Shown here in pieces: positions 54,926 to 64,000 of a stretch of DNA of 64,000 nt (its first letter is position 1; each line of letters opens with the position of its first letter). The notes under the pieces were generated by a model. That model searched no databases. It worked only from the letters and a program-made list of their open reading frames with translations, and was not told where the DNA came from. This DNA comes from Balanoglossus misakiensis (lineage: Eukaryota; Animalia; Hemichordata). The DNA lies in contig CM082586.2 in the NCBI GenBank assembly GCA_040954595.2, positions 8,277,337-8,341,336 of the forward strand, in the 5' to 3' direction. Both the position numbers and the translations under genes were made by a program.

Positions 54926-55803
54926 GGAGAAAACACTACAGACATTTTACAGATTTCAAGAAATAATTTTTAATGCGCATATAGTGTTCTTTCTATCCAA
55001 ACTGAGTTGGCTTTGTTTCTCAACAATCGCTCTGGAGTGGTGCTGGTGGAAAAGCTGATGCCTTCGCTGTGAACTTTGACCTTTGACCTCACCGCAAATC
55101 ACTATTGAAACCTGACATTCTGTCATATCACTCTATTTGGTGTAATATTAATGTAGTAACGTAGTCAAGAAAGGTAATTAGAGGTAGATTTTTCTGAATT
55201 GTGAAGTCAGAAAACATATGAAGAGGTTTTTTTCACATCCAATTTACCAGTTTTCACCTGCATAAATAAGGGAGGGTTATGCTGACAAAAATTCAAATTT
55301 TTATTCTATAATATAAATTATCCATTTTTACACCAAGTGTATGTATGATTAATAGCTGTTTTTGTAGACCTCTGTGTAGCAGATGACATTTAATCATGTC
55401 CCATCATAATAATAGCTAATCTCTCTCTTTTTTAATTTTCTACACACAAAGTAGTGTTCAGTTGTTCTGCAGGTAGTGTTTCATCTATTTCGCATCAACC
55501 ATAGTAAACAAGACCAGAACTTTAGGAAGTATGTGCATGTATTCCTTTTAGTAGTCATTGTAGCCAGCTGTATATAAATTACTCCAGCTCTTAAATTTAT
55601 ATATTTTAAAGAATGTGTCGAACTTGTCCGACAAGTGAGACATAATTAAGAGAAGAGACTTTTGTCAGTGAAATGCATGCTTGTCGTATTTGGTGTTTCT
55701 TTTTATCTGAGAAAGCTGTTTTGAAAATGTGACGGGTGAAGTAGTGTCAGATGGCATGTTGTGTCAAGATTTGTTCATCATATCTTGATTAAAAATGTCA
55801 TTA

Positions 55804-56463
55804 GGCCAAAGTAAGTAAATTCTCCGGTTTGCGTCCACTCAAAATTCTGAAAGGTAGACGGATAAGGGGTCATAAATCACACACACTTAATTTAACACAA
55901 AGCTTTGCCTTCATTGACAATTTTGTCGTGCTACATGCATGTTGCTGCAATATGAAAGTCATGGGCTAAATGTTGTGACAAAGTTTTGTCCAATGGCAGA
56001 ATTTCCTAAGAATAATAGAATCTCACACTCCCAAGGACCTGGGATCATATTTCTCACACGAGTTGGGGATGTTCTGTCCCACACAAGCTGCAGGCGAGTG
56101 TGAGAAATATGATCCCAGGTTCATGGTGTGTGAGGTTCTATTTCTCACACGGCCACATATTAGCCAAATTCGTTAAAAAAAACATTGAATAAATGACTCT
56201 GGAACTGTCGTCTGGCACATTGTAGTCTCTGTCCCTATAATACACATCGCACCATTGGATAACATTTAGCAAGCATTAGCAAAAACACGCTTTGTCAACC
56301 AATCTGCGCTCATGTCATATACAGGTTTTGATTAAGCAAAAGTGTTGGATCGATTTGTTCTCACACTCCCAGCGTGCCAGGAGTGTGAGAAAACTGTTTG
56401 TGTGTTTTTCCCAAAAACCTACGCGGGCGTCAATGCAAAACAAGGAATTTACTTACTTTGGCC
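55804..56463. mobile_element. Harbinger-like MITE with internal hairpins, downstream of the Ral stop
   Basis: TTA|GGCCAAAGTAAGTAAATTC ... GAATTTACTTACTTTGGCC|GTA; inner inverted repeat at 56014-56142. Confidence 0.7.
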
Positions 56464-57717
56464 GTATCAAAAACCAAGAAGCGTAAAGTTGAACTCCGTT
56501 TTGGTATCATATTGCTGATTCTCAAATCCCTCTGGGAATTTCTTCCACACTGATAGTGTCTTGTCCTGGAATACTGTTACATACAGGGACATTATGAACA
56601 TAATTATCTTCATCTGGGACGGCGGGTACTTTTATCTCTTGCTAGCTTTTTTTTTTTTTTTTTTTTTGATGACAAGCAACTTATGTTTTATGAGCAAAGA
56701 AACTGCATTACACTTTACATTAGATGTTACACGTCTTTATTTTGTTGTTTATTCATTTTCAGTGGTTTCCCTTCATTGCATGTAAATATGTGATGAACTA
56801 GATATCTTACAGTCTCAATAATGGTCAGTGTACAAAGTCATGAAGGGGCTTTAATTTAACCTACCTCTTTGTCATGTGATTTTAAATGGTGGTAACAGCA
56901 TAAAGCCTTATTGTCTCATGCTTTGCGTAATGTTTCTGTAATCGATTTGTGAAAGTGTGGATGGTATATTGTATATAACGTTTAACAAGTAATTGATTCT
57001 CAATGTATACCCTCGCCAAGCTCCATTTTGAAAATTTTCTTTATCACTTATTGGTTCTAGCTTTGTCATGGAAGCAGGTTGGACATGAATAAAACAATCA
57101 AGAATTAGGTTCTGTCTGAATACTTCCAGCTGGTTCATTTTGTTGTAGTTTGCATAAAGACAGTGCATTGTAGGAGACATTTCTGTGCACCAATTTTGAA
57201 TCTCGCAGAACTGGTATATAAGGCTGGTGTGAGGACATCACATATATTCTTATTTATGTAAAGGCATAAGGTTGGCAAAGAGATCTTCAATATGTCTTTG
57301 TTTTGACTGAAGTTTCCAAAAAACTATGTTTGTTCGAAGGGCACACTGTTGAATTCCCAAACTACTGGTATATTGGTTGCCAGGCTGGATGACCGCAAAC
57401 AGAACTTTGCTGGTTATTAGATATGCTGATCTGTGCCTTTACATTTGAAATCTTTTCATCTTTCACCCAGCATCCTTTATATTCCAGTCTCTGAGAATTT
57501 ATGATACAATTTTGAAGTCAAAAAGTATGAGAACACGAATGGAGAGTGTACTTAGAATGATTGGTGAATTATTATTAGTGAAACCATATCAAAGGAAAAT
57601 GAATATTTTTGTTTCTAATTTAATACTAGAATGTAGTCTTGCAGGCATGTTTGATTTGTGAAATGAATTCATCTTCTGAGAAAAGTGTAATTTGTAATTT
57701 CACAAAAGTTATGTTTA

Positions 57718-58522
57718 GGCTGCATTCACAAACACCTCTGGAGGGGGGGGGGGCAGGAGAATTGAGGGGGGGGGATTTGAAAAAATTGAGGGTATGTAAG
57801 GGGGGGGATTTGAAATAATTTAGGGACTGAAAGGGGGGGACTTGAAAACTTTAACGACTAAATATTTATTTTGAGTCCACAAAAATGCAGTTTCGCGCCC
57901 TTTATTTTACAAAATTTTCTAATGTGGGAGGGGGACACCCCCTCCCACACCCACCCCCTCCATTCATCAACACCTTTCAATCATTGACTGGTTTATCTAG
58001 TGTCCCAGGTCAGGGGACTTGCCCCCACCCCATGATAACTTTGAGCGGCGACGGTTAAATTTGTTCTCCCCAACATACCGGTAGTTGAGTTAATTTGCTT
58101 TTGCCGGGTTCATTAAAATGCAGCTTTGAGCTCTGTATTTTAGAAAATTTTCTTACGTGGGAGGGGGACACCCCCTCCCAAACCCACCCCCTTCAATTCT
58201 CGGTTTACAATGTCTCCCAACACAGAATACAAATATATGTACTTAAAATAAAAAACAATGTTCAGTTTTAATACCCACTGATGAGGGAAACATCAGTTTC
58301 AAATTCTTTTCATGGGAGCGCTGTTTTTCTTTTTACAAGATAGATAGGTGATGTGTTTTGCTCTGTGAAAGAAAATGGGGGGGGGGGATTTCAAAATTTT
58401 GGCAGTTCGGAAGGGGGGGATTTGAAAATATTGGCAGTTCGGAAGGGGGGCATGTGAAAATTAGCGGTAAAAAAAATTGAATTCTCCCGCCCCCCCCTCC
58501 AGAGGTGTTTGTGAATGCAGCC
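57718..58522. mobile_element. Harbinger/Tourist-like MITE with G-run subterminal repeats (805 bp)
   Basis: TTA|GGCTGCATTCACAAACACCTCTGGAGGGGGGG ... CCCCCCCTCCAGAGGTGTTTGTGAATGCAGCC|TTA; perfect TIR and TSD. Confidence 0.9.
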
Positions 58523-58673
58523 TTAGTGTTTGTTTTGTATCATGGGATGTTGCATACACCAATGGAGTTTGTTCCCACTGACAGCTTCAAATTCTTTGAT
58601 TTTGATTTTTAGTAGCTTTTGTTTGGTAATGTATATGTTCCAGTGGAAGCTTATGGGATCTGTGTCTTTGTGA

Positions 58674-58817
58674 CTGTCTGTCTGTCTGTCTGTACAAGTG
58701 TATGTATGTATGTATGTATGTATGTATGTATGTATGTATGTATGTATGTATGTATGTATGTATGTATGTATGTATGTATGTATGTATGTATGTACTAGTA
58801 TGTACTAGTATGTATGT
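58674..58817. repeat. Microsatellite (CTGT)n plus (TGTA)n
   Basis: Read directly. Confidence 0.95.
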
Positions 58818-60137
58818 AGGTGCGTGTGTGTATCAAAATGTGATCTAAATCAGCTGTAGATAGGCACAGTCTTTACAAGGTTTTGCTGCTGGTCTTGCTC
58901 TGCTGCGCCTCTCTGTGTACGTCTGACCGACTACCATAGAAGGTTTCATTCAAATTTCCCTCTCCAGCCGGGACTATAATGACCCAATCAGACATTGTCT
59001 GATGATAAGGACAATAGACATGAATTGAAATTGTGGCCATTCGATGTTAATTTTAGTGTCATCCAGGCAGTGATACTCACTTTTAGAATTGCGATATCAA
59101 CTTTTCTAATAAGTTTTCATGTTCAATTCAACACTTCGAGTGGCAAACCCAAAAAGCACACAGTACCAGTGCGTAGGGGTAATGAAAATGACCACCTAGT
59201 ATTCCATTGTGCATGCTGGACGTCTGTGTTGTCACGCAGAGCTAAGAAACACTTCTACATACTCATACTTTTTGGGAGTTTTTCAGGTGCATGATGCAAG
59301 TGACTCGATTATCTGTATTTAGGCGAAAATGCTCGATACTGTAACAAACTCTATAACAAGCTATCTGATTTTATAAAACAAATAAAGTAAGCTCATATAT
59401 CACTTGGTGTGTATTATTTTCTGTCACGTACTCTGAAAGTAATATTCACACACTGACACTGAATATCTATATATCTATAAACACACTGGTATGGAGACCA
59501 GGCTAGGTGAAAGTACACTGCACACTCAAAGAAATGGTCTTTTTCTTTCTTGAGTCTGCTCACACTCACATGATGTTGAATTGGAAAGCAAGTTTAAGTT
59601 TAAAGAAACTGTTATTATTGTTGGCTGGTACCCTGCCTCAATGACGCGTCTTGCTTGTCTAGGAATGTGAGACACTACAGCGATCGAGGAATTGTTGCAG
59701 CGTCTTAAAAACGCCCTCACACGACAAAACTCCCAAAATTCTTTGTTTTGTTCATAAACCGGGAATGCGTGTAACTAAACCACTCTAAAAGCCCGTTAAA
59801 TATGGTTATCTAGCAACATACGCGCATAAGAAATTTTCTTCACTAACCTCAGTAAATCGTCGGGTAGTTCTAAAATTCCGTTCGATCTTCCGTCACCATC
59901 CATCCCATTTACAGAATTATGTTGTTATGCATAGCCCACGCGCCCTCTTCACTTATCTCCGCAAATCGTCCGTCAGGTATACCAAGTGACACAACAATGC
60001 AAACTTCTCCGAGGTTTATGGTGTTTGATAATCAATCAATCTCCACTGTTTCGTTTTTACAACGTACTGTTTGAGAAGGGGGAAATTCCAGAACACTTCA
60101 GAGGCAAAGAATTATACACAGATGTTTACTAGTATTA

Positions 60138-60883
60138 GGGACCGTTCAGTTTTTACGGCAGGGGGGGGGGGGTCGGCAAGTTTGTGTCATGGGTTTTCAA
60201 ATTCAGGCCGACCCCCTTTACCCAGGACCAAAAAATGATGACCCCCCCCCCCCCTTTGACAGGCCAAAAAATGTGATGACCCCCCCCCCCCCTCACGCCA
60301 AAAACATTCTCCCTCCTGATCCTATGTACACTGTATGCATTATATAGGGAATAAGGGTTCCCACACCTCAATTCTAAATTTCTTAAAGTGATTGAATTAT
60401 GAATAAATTAGAATGACAAGTCAATACAGAAGAATGAAGGGGGTGGGTGTGGGAGGGGGTGTCCCCCTCACACATAAGAAAATTTTGAAAAATATTGGGC
60501 TGAAAGTTGCATTTTAATGAACTCAAAAGCAAATTAACTTAATATTGGGGAGGACCAATTTTACTTTTGCTACTCCACTCAAAGTACGCATCGGGTGGCA
60601 AGTAGTCGGCCCTCGTACACTAGACAAACTAGCCAATAAATGATATGTTGCGAAGAATGAAGGGGGTGGGTGTGGGAGGGGGTGAGAAAATTTTGTAAAA
60701 TAAAGGGCACGAAACTGCAATTTTGTGGACTCAAAAGCAAAAGTTCGGTGGCAAAAGAATGTGACCCCCCCTAAACGTTTAAAAAAACAGATGACCCCCC
60801 CCTTTTGGACTTCAAAATTTAAGTGACCCCCCCCCCTGGATTTTGCCGACCCCCCCCCCCGGCCGTAAAAACTGAACGGTCCC
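60138..60883. mobile_element. Harbinger/Tourist-like MITE with C-run subterminal repeats (746 bp)
   Basis: TTA|GGGACCGTTCAGTTTTTACGGC ... GCCGTAAAAACTGAACGGTCCC|TTA. Confidence 0.9.
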
Positions 60884-60936
60884 TTACCATTACCGAGTAA
60901 CACAACAACGCAAACCTCTCCTAGTTTTATGGTGTG

Positions 60937-61070
60937 TTAGCCTGGCCCCATACCAGTGTGTTTTAGATACATAGAAATTCTATATATTTTTATATATCTT
61001 ATCTATAATTCTATAAATCTATATAGAATTTCTGTATATCTAAAACACACTGGTATGGGGGCCAGGCTAA
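60937..61070. mobile_element. Small hairpin MITE, hAT-like (a right-end fragment also lies at ~59471-59505)
   Basis: ttagcctggcccc.ataccagtgtgttttagata / tatctaaaacacactggtatgggggccaggctaa; (A)TGGTGTG direct repeat on both sides. Confidence 0.8.
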
Positions 61071-61640
61071 TGGTGTGATTGTACGATAATCAATCACATT
61101 CTGCTGTTTCGTTTTAACCGAGTAAACATCGTACTGTTCGAGAAGGGGAACAATATGTTCATTCGAGAACACTTCAGAAGCAAAGAATACACAAATGTTT
61201 ATTACCATTACGGAGTGAGTAACACAACAACGCAAACCTCTCCTAGTTTTATGGTGTTTGTACGATAATCTATCAAGTTCTACTGTTTCGTTTTTGATTA
61301 AGACTGTCACAGTGTTGGAAAAAGCAAACATGCTACATTGAATATTAATTGCATTTACAATAAAATTTACCAAAAGGCTGAATATAACAATGCTATACAA
61401 TGTCAGGTGTATAAACTCTTGAACACAACATGTATTCTGGACGGAATCCATGAACTCTCAGGTTTACGACCACGGGCCTGCTATTTGTATGTTTTTAAGG
61501 CGATATAATCAATTAAACTTAGGCACTTCGGTAAAATACAATACATGTACAAACAACAGTAATATATCGTGCAAGGATAGCTCAGAAATATTCGCTGATT
61601 TATTTCCACTGAGGTCCAATGTAACAATGACAGCAAATAT

Positions 61641-61999
61641 TTAAAGTGATAAAGTCTCTCTCTCGCTGCCCATTTTCCATTAATTATGTTTGAATTGATA
61701 CATGACACCGTTTATGTTATTCTACATGTGGATCTATAGCGAATCAACATTCGACCACACACAACTTCCATCCCGTTTGTAGGATATTAGAGTAAAAATC
61801 TCGCCAAAACGAATAAACGGTAAACACCGATTATACATTTTGGCGAGTTTTTCACTCTCGTGTCTACAAGTTCGATGGAAGTTGCGTGTGATTTAACGTT
61901 GATTCACTATATATCCACATGTACATTAACATAAACGGTCTTGTATCAAACATAATTTATGGAAAAGGGCAGCGTGAGAGAGAGACTTTGTCTCTGTAA
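61641..61999. mobile_element. Decayed palindromic (foldback) element with ~165-bp arms, TTAA-ended, Kolobok-like
   Basis: Left arm 61641-61809 is the approximate reverse complement of 61838-61999. Confidence 0.72.
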
Positions 62000-62683
62000 C
62001 TAAAGGACGAATCCATTCAAAACGTTGAAAACCAATGACTCTACATATTAGTTTGCCAACCTGTTCATTTAGATTACTGTCAATTGAATTGAATTGTTTG
62101 TACTGTAAAATTGAAGTGGTCTGAGTTGGACAAGGTTAACATATTAAGATACATTGCTATTTTCAGTGACCGGATCAAAGGTGATAAACTATTCTCTGTC
62201 AAAAATTATAAATGTTTTGCAGAAGCCAAACATTCCCCCGCCTGGAACGTTTAATCCGTGTGTATCTTGGATACAGGCTTAGCAACAACATGTTTCTGAA
62301 TAAACAATAGAATAATCAAAAGCGTTTTAAACTATTTAAACGTAATAAGTCAGTTTATTTCTTCACGTTGTGTTCAGCCTTTTTAGCGGATGTCATTTCC
62401 GAGTCCGGTTGATCCAGGCCTACTGAAAATAAGGAAACCAAAAGAATATTACACAGTGGACATCCATCAATACTGTAATCTGACGTTGCGCACACAAACA
62501 TTTGCACGTTCCAGTTTAGCACACTGACAATCGTCCGTTTCGTTTGTTGTATTTTCTTGCGTAAACCAGAAACTGGCTCCATTTCGACTTCAAAAATATG
62601 CTACACCCCAATACTGGCTGTGCTTCCAGTTCATTATTAATCACTGATATTTATAATCCTTGACATACCTGAATTATTTTCCA

Positions 62684-63713
<1,030 letters not shown>

Positions 63714-64000
63714 CTTAATAGAGAAATCAAATATAATATGCAGATTAACAGCTAATATTCCGCCATCAGCAGAAACTGCTCACAAACATTTCTGTCCACG
63801 ACAAATATGTTATGTAGTACATTTGTATGTAAAACCCCAAGGGGTCGTACTCCTTGGAGAAAATATTTCGTGTGGGGAGGGGGGCACTTACACTCTAAAG
63901 TGAAGCGTTCAGTGATTGAACACATATTAGAACACATAATTGTAACACTTTTTGAACGCAGTACAAGTGTTCAGTACGAAAACTAGAACGCATGTGTTCT

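Larger units (their letters stand above)
59989..61295. repeat. Degenerate ~170-bp tandem repeat (~2.5 units) interrupted by two MITEs
   Basis: cacaacaa.gcaaac.tctc...tttatggtgt recurs at ~59989, ~60900 and ~61223; cgtactgtt.gagaagggg...gaacacttcaga.gcaaagaat recurs twice. Confidence 0.75.

Noticed and set aside
63886-64000. Possible upstream exon or 3-nt microexon (ttcactttag|agt|gtaagt) for the Cys-rich gene
   Set aside because: The AUG-led frames hit a stop or have the wrong phase, and a microexon cannot be supported without cDNA.

Overview
AT-rich, intron-containing animal genomic DNA, probably an invertebrate; the species cannot be determined from sequence alone. Manual GT-AG splicing gives five genes. 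(1) A 19-exon, 840-aa GABA-B-type class C GPCR (+, 7115-37606). It combines GABBR1-like ligand-pocket motifs with a GABBR2-like 7TM and has His at the conserved TM3 Cys. (2) A 2-exon testis-specific Ser/Thr kinase (TSSK family; +, ~40076-41746) with no in-frame AUG in its first exon. (3) A compact 310-aa CLCC1-like membrane protein (-, 44652-46604), head-to-head with (4) a Ral GTPase (+, CDS 52446-54925). (5) The 3' part of a gene for a very Cys-rich, granulin-like, probably GPI-anchored protein (-, 62684-63713), whose intron is mostly a 416-bp perfect (AC)n. Introns and spacers hold many non-autonomous DNA transposons (Kolobok-, Harbinger-, hAT-, Tc1/mariner- and piggyBac-like), some nested or modular. 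No rRNA, tRNA or CRISPR array was seen. All exon models were read by eye, and all family alignments are from memory of reference sequences rather than computed.
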